The position numbers and the translations under genes are program-made. DNA of 64,000 nt, from NCBI RefSeq assembly GCF_009914755.1, contig NC_060936.1; one strand, 5' to 3'. Of this stretch, positions 28,001 through 44,049 are shown piece by piece. How positions within the stretch are numbered: the stretch's first letter is position 1; each line of letters opens with the position of its first letter. The notes beneath the pieces were generated by a model. It was not told where the DNA came from. It did not search any database and worked only from the letters and a program-made list of their open reading frames with translations. This stretch comes from the human T2T-CHM13v2.0 reference genome, Homo sapiens.

Positions 28001-29411
28001 ATTCTTCACCCATTTTCAAAAATGGAAAAGAAAGTTAAAAAAACTGCACAATACAGTGAACTTTGGAATCTTCTTAATAGTACATCTTATAATTGCAATG
28101 TATTAGGATAAGAAACCAAATATATTTATATTAAGAATAAATTTCAAAAAAAAAGTTTATTAACATTTAACAAACTTAAGTAAACAAACTTAACTTATTT
28201 AACTTGTTTTATTATTGGGTTAATTTTAACACATTAGTCCACACCTTTTAACATCACACTGAAGGAATTCCTTGTAATGAGGTAGGGCAGTCAAATCATC
28301 CCTCAGAATCTCCAAGGGAATCGTTGTGCTAGATCACATGCTAAGTTGGAAAGTTTGGTCCAAACATGTTCAGCAAGAGAAGCTGCCTCACGAGGGAAAA
28401 ACTGTAGACAGTAACTTTTTGCTCTACTCGAGTATTTTTATTTTGGTAGTGGATTTACATTAGAAAATCTCTAATTTTCCAGAAAGAAAATCTCTAATAC
28501 TTAAAGAAGTGAGAGAAAAGACATTGAAGAAGTTATTATTTTTATCACAGTTAACAAGCAGTAAAAAGTATTCATTCAAAATACCAATAATATTTTAATT
28601 AAAAGTAGCACTGTATGTGAAAGAAGTGTAAGTAATCTTATTGACAGTTAACTAGAAAAAGACCATATATATATATATACACATATACATATATACATAT
28701 ACTTATATACACTGTATCTCTAGGTTTTTGTTTTCTTTGGAAGCAATCACTGTACTCATTGATTTATTTATGATTGATAAATAAAATTAGTTTCTTTACA
28801 TTTTAATATTAAGTAAGATTCTAAATAGTCATATACTTTAACCCAAATATTATATATACACACATATATTTATATATTACCCAAGAGAAACACATAAATA
28901 CACAAATACCCCTAAATTCCAGTCTAAATGACTAGCCTGTGCTACCTCTAGTATTTCATCAGCAGCTACAACTCATGCCTGATGTGAAAGAGCCAAATTT
29001 AGAGGGAAATTAACAAGCCTTTTTGGGATCTCTTCAAACCCTAAAACAGCGAAAGAAACAGCCATGGATATATTTATTTTCTTTTCATTCATGTCCTCAA
29101 TACTTCCTTCATTTATTTAACAAACATGTGTTTGCTTGTTTTGATGGGAAATGAGAATTATAAAATTAATTTATGTTCATTTTAGGAAACAGAAAAGGTA
29201 TAATTAAGAAAAAGAACAACTCCTACAGTTTCATGCAAGTGTTTAATGCACTGACATATTTCTCAGGTGTTTTGTCCTCTATATTTTACATAGATGAGAT
29301 CATGCATTATATATGCTTCTATTTCATGCTTTTTAAAAAATGTTTAATCAAAAGTATTTCAGAGTCATTTAAAGCCATTGAATACATTTCTTATAATTTG
29401 AATGTTTAGAG

Positions 29412-29891
29412 TGTGGTGCATGTATGGACTGGATCACAAAATAATCATTTCAACCTCCTTCTGTATCTTCCTGTAGTCCAAAGTGGAAAAGCTAAGAACT
29501 GCCTTTCTCAGACTTCTTTATAGCCGGGATTCCAGCTGTGATGCTGGCGCAGCCAATGTCATGTACCTGTGTGAGTCCTGACTTCTGAACTGGGTTAAAT
29601 GAGGAGACAGGGGCCCATTTTTCAAGCCAGATTCTGATTCAAGCAGCATGAGTCTGGAGTGAGCAGCTGAAGTTGTGGCTTCTCAACGTGGCAGGGATTC
29701 TGATTCTGACTGATTCTGCAGTCTATTGATTGCTGGAGACGTTCTGTCATTTGGCTTTTGGAGCTGTTTTCCATTTCCTTAATCAAGAATCTATTTCTTC
29801 ACCCTCTCGACAGCTGTAAAATCCCTTTAAATAAACCCATTTATGCTTAGGCTAGTTAGAATGAATTATATTCCCTGCAATATCCTTAACA
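29412..29891 (+). mobile_element. LTR33-like ERVL solo LTR
   Basis: ggaaaagctaagaactgcctttctcagacttc and a 3' end aataaaccc...tgcttaggctagttagaatg resemble LTR33. Degenerate. Confidence 0.6.
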
Positions 29892-30226
29892 ATAGAATGT
29901 TTCTAATTGTGCAAAATAATACTTAATTCTGTTATATCTTCTTTTGCTTTCTACATCTTTATCCTTTATACATTGCTAGATTATTACTTTCTGACTTTTT
30001 TAGAAGTGTTATTATGAATTCAAAAGGTAGGAACATTTTCAAGATTCTTGATACATGTCAATTCTTTTGTTTTCCTAAAAGAAAGGTTGTACTAATTTAT
30101 ACTCCCACTAGCAGTGCATGAGAATATACAGCAGCATTGTTATCATTTCTCTTTATTTTTCTACTTTGGTTGTTAAAAATAGATAATTTGCTTCCAGCTC
30201 TAATGTGAGTATATTTATTAATATGA

Positions 30227-30615
<389 letters not shown>

Positions 30616-30849
30616 TATTTATACTTTATCTTGGTATCTCTGATGCAATTTTTTCCCAAATAATTGTCGGTTTTTAGATTTTATGTTTTTGACAAGAACA
30701 CATTTTAAATTTTTGGAGTCAAATGTATAAATCATTTTTCTTTGATTTCTGCCAGCAGAAAGTACTCTATCCTCAAGACAAATAAGTATTCACACTAATG
30801 CTTTTAATTTTTGTAGTCTGTTTCTTACATTTAATGTGTGAATCTTTCT

Positions 30850-31308
30850 CTTGGGTCAAATCCTTGTACTGATCCCCAGAAAGTTCACACCCACTCAGAA
30901 CTTCAGAATGTGACTTTATTTAGAAACAGGATCTTTGTAGATATAATAGTTAAGTTAAAATGAGGCCACAGCACATTAGGGTGAGCCCTGATCCAATGAC
31001 TGGCAGCCTTATAAAAAGAAAAAACAGTGACATAGATCATACATAGGAAGAATGCTGTGTGAGGACAGAGGCAGAGATGGAGTGCTGAGTCTATCAGCCA
31101 GGAAAGCTACAGATTGTTAGACAGCACCAGAAGCTAGGACGATGTAAGGAAGGACCCTCCTCTAGAGCCCTGGAAACTTCACAGAGAGCCTGACCTTGCT
31201 GACACCTTGATTTCAAAATTCTAGCCTCCAAAATTCTGAGAAAACAAATTTCTGTTGTTTTTGTGGTTTGTGGTAATTTGTGGTAGCAGCCCTAAGAAAC
31301 TAATAAAA
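30850..31308 (+). mobile_element. MLT1 (MLT1B/C-like) MaLR LTR
   Basis: cagaatgtgactttatttagaaacagg...gacaccttgattt...tagcctcca...gcagccctaagaaactaata. Confidence 0.8.
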
Positions 31309-31414
31309 TGATTATACAGTTAATTTTGATATATGGCCTCTGATGAAGATTTAAGTTATTTTGTGCTCAAAGAGTGAACTAATAGGTCCAGATCCTAATT
31401 ATTAGGATCTGGAT

Positions 31415-32055
31415 CCTACTAGTAGCTGGATCCTAGTAGGCATGTGAGGACCAATTGCTCACATTTCTCCTATTAAAGTAAATTAAAATGGAGACCAGGG
31501 CTGAGGAATTCCTGAGCAGACAAAGCCAGTCAGAGCTCATAAGTGGCCTTAACCTTGCTTGATTTGCAAACATAAGTGAAACAAAACTTGAGCTATTAAT
31601 ATTTCTTGTAAACACCTATGTTAAAGAAAAATGAAACTTTTTAAGCTCAATAGCCACCAACGAACAAACTTATGGTTATATAACTAAACACTTTTCCGCA
31701 GGACAGACCAATTAAGGCAACTCTATAACTGTTACCAATCAAATGTTTTCTTGCTTTATTTCAGCGTTCACCCCATAAAAAGCCTTCTCCTTGCATTCCC
31801 TCTGCAAAGCCTGAAACCACCTTTGGTTTGGTGCTTTGTGAAACAAGAACCACTGTTTGCTCAAATCAACTTTTTAAAATTTTAGTGTACCTCAATTTAC
31901 CTTTTATCACTCCCCAACTCCACATTAACATCACAATGGCAGCTTGAATTGGCCGTGGGGGCGGCACTTACACCATGTATATCAGCAAACACTAAACATG
32001 AAGGCTTTCTTCCCCACCCCAGAGCTGGTTTTGGAATATTTACCAGCACACCGTT
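31415..32055 (+). mobile_element. MER63-like hAT element split by an LTR
   Basis: The 3' part ccaactccac...gcagcttgaattggcc...atttaccagcacacc resembles MER63. The 5' part lies before the LTR. Confidence 0.6.
31471..31909 (+). mobile_element. ERV1 (MER4-group) solo LTR, subfamily uncertain
   Basis: Runs tattaaagtaaattaaaatggagaccagg...ttttatca. 4-bp TSD CTCC at 31467-31470 and 31910-31913. Confidence 0.7.
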
Positions 32056-32980
32056 TCAATCTGTATACTTTTAATTGCTTTTGAATTACTATCAGTATCT
32101 TATACTGCAAATTTCTTATTCTTGAATATTTGACTCTCAGCTGTAGTGCATATTCATAATACATATGTATATAGTACATATTTTATACTCAAAAAATTCA
32201 AGAAGAATATTCGAGAAATAACCTTTCTCAGCCCTCGTATTATATATATGACAACTTGGCTAGACTTTTTAAAGAATCATTCACATCTTGGTACTTACCA
32301 TGACATCTGTCCTGAAATTTAGTGATAGGGAAAAGTTTGAAGCTACCTTGACTCTTACTCCATTGTAGGTAAATCACATTTTTCTGATTGGATGCTTGTA
32401 GAGTTTTTCTCTTTATCTTTGAAGTGTAAAAATTCATCACAATATGTCTAAATGTGGGTCTTTGTGCATTAATTTTACCTGGAATGTAACTAAGTACTTC
32501 TGCCTGTGGACCCAGTCCTGTTTCAGCTCTGGAAAGCCTTTTGGCTGTTAAAACTTTTTTTTTTTTCCTTATTGGGTCTGATGATTACTTTTTTTAATTC
32601 TTTATTGATTCTTCTTCAGCAAACTTGTCATCTTTAGGATGAATCTCCTTTCCCTTTCCTTCATCTTTTTTTTCTCATTATATTCATCTCTCTGAGTTTT
32701 TTTCCTCGACATTCTTAAAATGGAAATATTAAGGGGTTTACTTTCTGCACTGTAACTCTGCTCTTTGCAACATCCAACATGAACTTTATTGCTTTCTTTG
32801 CAATTCTGCCTGCTCTCAGCCATCTCTCTTTTCATCTCAACTTTCAGCTCATCCTTTGTTCTCCTAACCACTCTGTGCACCTAATGGGTCAATTCTTATT
32901 AAGTCACCAAGCTAAGGCTTTGAAATTTTTTCTATTTCCTCTGCGAAAGCATGTTTATATGCGTGTTTTTCCTCTGAGTC

Positions 32981-33294
32981 TTTTTTGTTTGTTTGTTTGT
33001 TTGTTGTTGTTGTTTTGAGATGGAGTCTGGCTCTGTTGCCAGGCTGGAGTGCAGTGGCATGATCTTGGCTCACTGCAATCTCTGCCTCCCGGGTTCAATG
33101 ATTCTCCTGTCTCGGCCTCCCAAGTAGCTGGGATTACAGGCACCCACCACCACACCTGGCTAATTTTTGTATTTTTAGTAGAGACGGGGTTTCACTATGT
33201 TGGCCAGAATGGTCTAGATCTCTTGACCTTATGATCCACCTGCCTCGGCCTCTCAAAGTGCTGGGATTACTGGTGTGAGCCACCACACCTGACC
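32981..33294 (-). mobile_element. Full-length AluS (AluSc-like)
   Basis: Antisense dimer with a microsatellite-like tail and TSD tttcctctgagtcttt. Confidence 0.93.
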
Positions 33295-33343
33295 TTTCCT
33301 CTGAGTCTTTAAGTCACATTTTCTGTGTTACAAAATGTTTTGA

Positions 33344-33657
33344 GGCCAGGCGCGGTGGCTCACACCTGTAATCCCAGCACTATTGGAAGGCTGAGGCAGG
33401 CAGATCACGAGGTCAGCAGTTCGAGACCAGCCTGGCCAACTCGGTGAAACCCCATCTCTACTAAAAATACAAAAATCAGCCAGGCATGGTGGTGGGCGCC
33501 TGTAATCCCAGCTACTCGGGAGGCTGAGGCAGGAGAATTGCTGAACCCGGAGATGGAGGTTGCAGTTAGCCGAGATCATGCCATTGCACTCCAGCCTGGG
33601 CGACAGAGCAAGACTCCATCTCAAAAAACAAAACAAAACAAAAACACACAAAAAAAA
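33344..33657 (+). mobile_element. Full-length AluS (AluSg-like)
   Basis: Sense dimer with TSD aaaatgttttga. Confidence 0.93.
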
Positions 33658-34824
33658 TGTTTTGAGGTGTTCTATACCAAATTTTTTTTCTATTATTTCT
33701 CTTAAATAGTAGAAAAACAAACATAAAGCAAGAAACTTATTCCAGAACCATATTTGTTTCAAAAAGGTATATATGGTATCCTTTTATCTTCAGGCACTAA
33801 TCATTTGAGTATTTGTGCATTTTCTTTCTTAGACCTAGACTTACAAAGAATGCCACAGTGCCAAGTCCTGAGCCTGGTTTCTCATGTCTAGCAAACAATC
33901 ATCTAAAATTTTTGCTAAACTGAGGGAAGATCTTCTACTCCAACTGACAGGTTGTCTGATGATGGTTAGGGAGTCATACGCAGAATTTAATTCTTCCTTT
34001 AGTGATAGAGATAAAAATTGCACCTCCAGCTGCACTGTTCTAAGGGCTCTTCTTCTCATCTTCCCTCCTTGAATGGTTTCCTAAAGTCTTTACACAGCTC
34101 AGCCTGCAAAGTGATACTGCCTCTACTTTTCCCTCTCTACCCATGGCAGTTTTGTGTATTGTGAAGTATGGTTGTCAAGTGGATGAGGAAAGAGAAGAAC
34201 TGATTAAGAGCAGAAAGGGCATGGCCCTAGCCAGCTAAGAAAAGAATTCACACAGCTTTGGGATTTTCTGTGTTTCTTTGCCAGTGGATAGAGTGGGGTT
34301 GAGTCACAGTCTTTTCCCATCTTCTTCCCAGATTTCTGTGCTATTCTGGTTCAGCAGGCTTAGTTTAGATTATGACTCTCAACCCAACCCTCTCCTTGCT
34401 GCAGTTAGTGGAAATTCCCTGCAGATTCTAGCATTTTATTTTTCTCTTATCCCTATTTTTCAGTTCTCTTGTAGATTTTTTTGTCTATGTGTTTATTTAT
34501 GCTAATTTAATTTAAAAGTTGGAATACAACATTTCACCAGAATGGCACATACTAACCCAGATACTTGCTAATGACTCACTGTGTTAAACACTCTGCTAGA
34601 TACTGAGAATAAAAAGATAAAAAGAGACAGAGTCATTGCCATTGGAGAGCTAATCCTTGTAAGGGACAATACAAAGAAAGACTCTCTAGGCAGAGGACAT
34701 TGCATGTGTGCAGAGCTACTGGTGAGTGTGGTCCCTGGAGAGTGACAAGTGATACTGGCATCTGAAGAAAGTAGGAGACAGTGGTGGGGATGATGACCCG
34801 AGATTCCATTTAAAAATTAGTGGG

Positions 34825-35225
<401 letters not shown>

Positions 35226-35387
35226 CTATTTTCAGCAAGGGATTAGAACAGCCTGAACAAAGACAATGGCAGTGGAAATACTGAGACAGCAACAGAGTTC
35301 ATGGATAATGTAAAAGTGATATTAACAGTGTTTGTAGATTAATAGATAGGGTTGATGACAATGAGGATGTACAAGAATGACTTCAAT

Positions 35388-35697
<310 letters not shown>

Positions 35698-37489
35698 TCA
35701 AGGTTATCCACCATGATGGCTTGAAAGATGGTGCCAATAACTGTGATGATAACTACAGGATCAAGGATGGTTTGATGGGAGAAAAATTATTCACTTTAAG
35801 GACATATGAAACATGAGGTACCTGGGGATTTCTAAGTGGAGTTGGCCAGTAGACACATAGCTGTCTGAAGCACAGAAGAGATTCAAGGCCTGGGACAGGT
35901 CTGAACTAGTGGTAGTTCAACACTTGGGAACACCAACATTAAGGTAGCAGATGAAAGGAAAACCAACAAAGGAAGATAACAAGAAACAGTAAAGAGAGCT
36001 GTGTTGGGACATAGGGTGGAAAGAATATCAAGAATGCAGAAACATGTGTTAAGTGCAGCAGAGATCAAGTAATGTAAGTACCGGTAACCACTAGTTTCAT
36101 TCGTCCAGGACTTTAAATCTCTGTTTCAAAATATTTATTTAACAATTGTTCAAACAAACAGTGTCAAGCTCTTACAAAATAATGCTCTTACACAAAAATC
36201 AGAAAACCTTTCCATCTAAAGGTTATGAAATCTTTGCCTTCTGGGGTTTTAGTGATATCAGGCACATGTTATGATCTAGCATATATTTGAGGAATGAAAT
36301 CTCTTTTTTTCACAGAATTTGTTGCCATGAGATGTAAACCATGAAAAAGGCAACCTTCTAAGAGCCTCTAGTCTTAGAGCACAGCTATAGACTCTGAATC
36401 CTGCTCTCTCTGGGGCTCTGTAATACAAAAGAGTAGAGTCTGTTTCCCATTAGTTCTCCAAAAGCCATCATTAATCTTGTGGTAGCAAGGTCAGCCCTAG
36501 GAATAACTAGCTGTATAAATGGAATGATGTAAAGAACATGAAGGATTCCTTTCCAATCCCCCGTCTAAAATCCCCTGCCCAGCCCTCACTCCCAAGACAG
36601 TCAAAGTGTCTGCAGTTTCTCCAGTTAAAGAATTATTCTATTTCTTTAAAGCATTTAGTTTCCTCAGGGTGGCTCCAGTTAAAATGTAAAACCACAGAGA
36701 GAAGTAAAACATTACCCCTTATAAACTACTAACATTTCAACAAAGATATGTTTATCAAATGACTCACTATCATCTTGAATAGAGTAGAGACTAGACATTG
36801 AGTTGAGAAGATCTGAATCACAGGGCATTGCTGGGGGATGGGGCTCTTGGAACCAAGGAACACCACATCACTGGGAATGGGAGCAAGGATACCACAATTG
36901 GGGAGGGGGTAATGGAAAGCAGCAGTCCCCAGGCTGTTGTTTCTAACCCACATTTATCTTTAATAAACATTAAGATCTCTTGGGCCACTGCCTCTGCCGA
37001 TTCTGATGCACTTCCCAGGGAAAGTGAGGCCTCTTCTAAGAATCACATCTCTGCATATCCCAAAAAACTAGAAATATGTTGGTGAGCTTGATGTTTTGTA
37101 AGTTGAGTTGTGAAAATAAGTGAGCATGAGTATTTAAATATATAATTATATACTTTATAGATATAATTATACTTAATTATATATAAATATATAATAGACA
37201 TAATAATACATATATAATATTATATATTTAAATACTTGTATTTGGAAAATTTAATGAATTTCCAAATGAATTAAATGAACAATGTTGCACGTGATTTTCC
37301 AAAGACCCATGTCCTGCTGGAAATGCTGACTTGACATTCCAACTGTTCCACGATCACCACCCTATCACTAACACCTTCACTCCAAAACAGGTAAGAGACT
37401 AATAATTTTATCAAATTAATTAGAATAAGCTTTTTTTTTTCTGAGCTGTGAAGAGTACCACAGGATACAATTGTAAGATGAAATGATAA

Positions 37490-37888
<399 letters not shown>

Positions 37889-38668
37889 AATTGCTTTATT
37901 CTTAGACTGGGTTGTTGTGGTTTTACAAATGTCAAAGTTTAAAAGACAAGAATAAGAATCTCTTACATGTGTGTTGACTAAGTTTAAAGTGCTGAGAAAT
38001 GCTGCCACTTGAATTTAGCTACTGCTATGGAAAAGAATGGTTGCTAGGGTTATTCTCATAGGAACCACAAGGAGACAGGAGACCCACAGGACACCAGCAG
38101 GAAGGAACAAATCTCTTTCCCCTTTCAGCCTCCCATAGTGTCCCTCTAGTGCCCCCAGTCAGAAACTAGCTGGCAAGGGGGAAACGTGATTTGTAAAATC
38201 ATGGTTTCAGCAACACAAACCAGGGTATATGAAAGTGGTTTTGCAGCTGAGAGGCAATAAGTTACTAAATAGCACAGTGGTGAGGCTGGAAGCATAAAAA
38301 CTTATTGGGAGATGACTGCAATTATTCGGGAGACACATGGACCAAGGTCATGACAGTGGAGGAGGTGAATAATGGTCATAAAATACGAAAGTAGAGCCAC
38401 CGTAATTTAGCAGTGGATTTAATAAAATAAGCCAAGGGGGACTCCAATTCAAGGTTTTTGAGCTGAGCAAATGAAAAATGGAGTTTCCATTTCTTTGAGA
38501 TGGGGAAAATGACAGAATACACAGGTTTGCAGAAAAGGGGGAATTAGGAGTTCTGTACTGGTTATTTTAAGTTTGATATTCATATTACATATCCAAATAG
38601 ATTAGCCAAGCTGGGAGTTAGGTATATGAGTCTGGAGATAAAAGAATAGGTCTCAGAGTACAAATTTA

Positions 38669-38954
<286 letters not shown>

Positions 38955-39064
38955 CTAAGTGAAGTAAGTGGTTTAAGGAGAGAAAAATCAATGTGTCACA
39001 TGTTCCCGGTGGGTCAAATAAGAGAACTAACAACTGACTACTGCAATTGGCAAAGCAGAATTAA

Positions 39065-39400
39065 GGCAATAACTCAAGAAAAATATCCAAAATGAAAGGA
39101 CATAACCTTGCAGATTGAAAAGGTCCACTGCGTGCCAGCACAATGAATGAAATTAAGCCAATCACTAGGCGTATCACTGTGAAATTTCAAAATATGAGGC
39201 GAGGAAGACGACCAGATTAGAATGCAGGGGTAAGTAGACGTACAGGTCATACACAAAAGATCAGGAATCACAATGACATCAGTTTTCTCAGAAGCAACAC
39301 TGAATCTAGGAAGAAACATTGGAGGAACATCTTCGAAATGCTAAAAGGATTTCCAAAGTAGAAATAAAATCCCAGCAAAAATATCAATCAAGTTTAAGAG
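39065..39400 (+). mobile_element. Ancient L1 ORF1 fragment
   Basis: cagattgaaaaggtccactg...cactaggcgtatcactgtgaaatttcaaaat...ggaatcacaatgacatcagttttctca resembles L1M ORF1. Confidence 0.65.
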
Positions 39401-40029
39401 TAGAGTACTGTGGTGGTGTATTTTTTTTTTTAACATTTACTGAGCATGCATTCTTTCACCTTTCATGTATTCTGTTACTGTCAGAATCTTTGAAATACAG
39501 AGTACAGAATCATAAATCACCCTTTTTTGTCTCCCCAGGAGTTTCACTCAAGTATCTCAAGTCAATAAATCCTCCTTTTCTCTTTTAAATGGTAAACTCA
39601 TTATTGACCTCTTGGAATTTTCTTGTTTTCTCTTCTCTCGCAGTAAAACACGGGTAAGCTGCGATGCCAACCATAAACCCCTCCACAGTATCTCTCAAAC
39701 TACTTCTCAAAAAAAAAAGGGTCCAAAGACCTAGGTTCAAGTGCCTAATCTGCCACTTAATAGCTAATTGAAGCAAATCACCTAACTTGTCTGTCACAAA
39801 AGTTTTCACTGAAAAATCAGGATAATGCTAATACATGCATTACTTACCTCTCAGCGTATCAGTTCTATGTGCCTCATGGTTGTGCAGTGCTTAGTATTTT
39901 CTTTTATGTGCCATGCTTCCTCCAAATATACCCTGTTTTATTTTCTATCTAATCATTTGTATTTCAGAGGAATTGGCAGATTTTTTTGTTTAAAACAAAT
40001 TATATTTTATCAAATATAATATATTATTT

Positions 40030-40328
<299 letters not shown>

Positions 40329-43160
40329 TTATTTACTAACTATAAAGAAAAAAACACTGCCAATAAAACCATGCCTCAGTGTTTCTATAATAGTATTGTG
40401 AATAGTCCTGTACTAGTCTCTTCTTGCTTTGGCATTTTTCATCCATTCTAAGGAACATAACAATTTTTCCTACTTTCATCTGCCTTGTCTAGACAATCAT
40501 TTTGCACACATCTTAGTAACTACTTAAAATAAACCATCATCCGCTGGTGGTTATTTTCTTCTTCTTTTTTTATGTTGCTTTACAAGAAAATATAAAATTG
40601 CTTCCATTATTTCTCTGAAGTAATTTGCTTACAAATCAAATTTACATCCCAGGCTTTGTTTCCATCTTTATACACAATAGATATTCAATCTTTTTGGAGA
40701 TATTTTAAATGCCAATCAAACTCAACATGTGCAGTACAACAATGTGCATAATTTAATTAGGAGGACAGCATAGGAGCAGCTATGAGCAAGGTGACAACTA
40801 TGTACTCCCAGTGCCAACTATGCCTCAGCTTCCAACTGGACAACAGAGGCTGTAAGAAGCAGCTGTTTCACAGATGTTAAAGTATTAAAAACTGTGCAGC
40901 TCACAATCAATAAAATATGGTAATTTAACCATGTGGGTAGCACTTCCTTTTTCTGCCTTTCCCTTCATTTGTATTTGCAATAATATTTATCAAATATGAT
41001 ATCTGTCCCACTAATTTATATTCTGACCTTGTCAACAATTTGCATTGTGATTCTGATTCTCCTTTGTCTCATTAGTGTGTGTATGTGCACGTGTGTGAGC
41101 GCATGTATTGTGTGTGTGCGCAGGGTGTGTGTGTCCAAAGAGATTCAGATATGAAAGCTACAGTGGAAACTTCGGTTAAAAATGCATATCATGATTTATA
41201 AATGCAATAACACTAAAGCTCTGATTTTTAAAATTCTATTAAACAAATTAAAGCAACTTAGTAACAGAAACTTATACAGATATGTTTTTATAATTCCAGT
41301 TGGAAAGAAAACTTTTTTAAAATAAAAATATTGTTTTAAACAATATATAATCCAATGCAATACAATTAGTAATCATTGGGACTATATTCTATTTAATCTA
41401 CAGGGTTTCTATTCTCCAATAAAATGAATTACAAATATAAATTTAGCAATAAAGTCATTTTTATTTTAATAAAGTAATAGAAATATTCACATACTAATAA
41501 ATGTTACTGTCATCCGTTTTCATGAGGATAATGAAGAAAGTTCATTAGTAGCTGGACAATCTGAAATCACGGAATACATAATCAACTCTGTGCAATGAAT
41601 TGTTCACAGATGGACCCCTACCATCTTGCTCAAAGAGGCTCTTGGCATATATGGAATTGGTAAGATAATTAGCCAGTTTCACACTTTACACTTAAAGTTT
41701 GCCTTCCACAGTTAAGCTGGGGCACAAATGCCTTGGCTGTAATGAAATAGCTTTGTAAGTCAAAAGGTTGTCTGTACGTTCCAAAAGGGGTATGCAGTCA
41801 ACTGCTAAAGTGGCGTTTCCCAGGATTTGCATCTGAACATCCCTAGGAGGGTTATATTCTCCAGGTCCTCTCTGTCCCCTCAGTGCCATTACCCAGGAGA
41901 ACAAACCATGTTGATCCCAAATGAATGAAGCACATTCCCTTCACCACACACACACACACACACACACACGTGCACATACACACGCTAATGTCACATACAA
42001 AACTGACAAAAATGCATGGCTACATTAGAAATCTGAAGAGTCATAGAACTTAAGAGAGAATTAAGGGGAAATAATTTCAGGACACGCACTCTCTGAAAAA
42101 CAACTTACAATTGATTTTAGACATTTCAGTTTGTTTCTAGCCAACATGCCTAAGTTTCCCAAAGATTTCTCTCCTGCTCCTTTACCACGTCTCCCTTCTC
42201 TAGACCTTCTTTCTTCCTCAACCCCTCTCTTTTGCTTATCCCAACAATTCCACACTCACCTATTACTCAGATTCCACTCCCGAAACAACACAGGCCCTTG
42301 AGTTTCTCCCTGATCCCTAGAATTCAGCAAGAAACAGTTCCATATACAGACAGCACACCTTCAAAACAAAATTCTGGTGCTGACTTAAATGTTTTCTGCC
42401 ACATTCCATGCAGAGAGTGGTTGAACAACTCATCTTTCATCACACAGCCAATGCTGTTCTATTAGCTGACAGAAACCCCTCCGCACATTTTCTTTCACTG
42501 AAATTGCAACTCACTGACATTTTACTGATTTGAAAATATATTTAACTGAAGCACACTTTAAAAAGAGGGCTGAGGAGGGGTGGATGGGAGAAAGCTGGTA
42601 CAAATTGTTGGCCCAGTGGCATATCGGCATATCAATATAAATCCTGGGTAAAGATTCTCCACCTCGTACCCTTGCTGGGTCCTCCCCTAATGTTTCTCCA
42701 CTGGGTGCAACCCACTCTCAGTGGGCCTGCATGAAAGTGCCATGAGAACTTGGGCTATTCAAATATTTATTTACTAATTATGTGCTAATTTTGCTTTTAG
42801 AGTAATGTTTGATCTGATCTGCTATTAACACTGAAGACTAGAGCTTCACAGAGGGAAAGAAAGAAAGAAGATAAATGGACATTTATGCAGTAACTCCTGT
42901 GTGTCAGGTCCTGTGTTCTTGGTGCTATGCTCACCTTAGCTGCTCTCAGGACAAGGTTACCGGAAAGATGTGGAGAACGTTCTGACTCTGAATTAAGTAC
43001 ATAAAATTTGGAGTTCAAGTTAATCTCACTTAAATCTGGAAGGGCAGGAACCCACACACAAAATCAGGGCTTTATTCATATTGTTTGCCCCTCCAACTCA
43101 CAGGGCTGTGGTATTGTCAAAATAAGTTAACATTAGGAAAAATTATAAAATAACAAGGCC

Positions 43161-43457
43161 TTTTTTTAAAGAGATGGGGCCTCACTCTGTCATCCAGGCT
43201 GGAGTACAGTGGCATGATCACAGCTCACTGCAGCCTTGAACTCCTAGGCTCAAGTAATCCTCCTGTGTCAGCTTCCTAAGCAACTAGCACTATAGACGCC
43301 ATGTCTGGCTAATTTTTTATTTTTTATATTTGTAGTGATAAGGTCTCACTATATGGCCCAGGCTGGTCTCAAACCCCTGGCCTCAAGCAGTCCTCCCACC
43401 TCAGCCTCCTACCTCCCAAAGAGCTGGGATTGCAGGTGTGAGCCACTGTGCCCAGCC
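43161..43457 (-). mobile_element. AluJ
   Basis: Antisense dimer with the J diagnostics cactgcagccttgaactcctaggctcaag. Confidence 0.9.
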
Positions 43458-44049
43458 AAGGTCTGCTTTTTAAATAATTTTTTTCCCCATTATAAAATTT
43501 TGCAACTTTGGAAAATGTTGATTTTTTTTCCTTAGAGATTTTCTCTGAACATAACTATATATATAATTTTATATATTTACACATTTATATATTTATTTTT
43601 TTCACTTAATATTAGAACATGAGCATTTCACCATTTATTGAAACCATTTATGTATATTAATCCATAATATCTTTGTATAGTATACCATCAATATGGATAT
43701 ATCATAAGTTACAAAATCACTGGCTTTTTTTTAGGTTTGGAGATACCATTTTATTCTCATTATCCATTTATTATGTATGTAATATATTTGTGTACAGTAG
43801 AGTTTTTTCTTGTTTTTTTAGTATGGATTTGTAGAAAAATCATGAAAAGTCTATTTTAAAATAATTATTATTTATTTATCAACTTTACTAAAGGTTCGTT
43901 AATTGTGGTAGACTTTTCAAAGTATCAACTTTGGCTTTTTGGACCCACTCTGCTGTATTTTTGTTTTCAGTTTATTCTTTTCTGGTTTTTGTTGTTGTTG
44001 CTGTTCCTCTTTCAACCTTTTGGAGATCCTGGATTTTAAATTGATGCTG

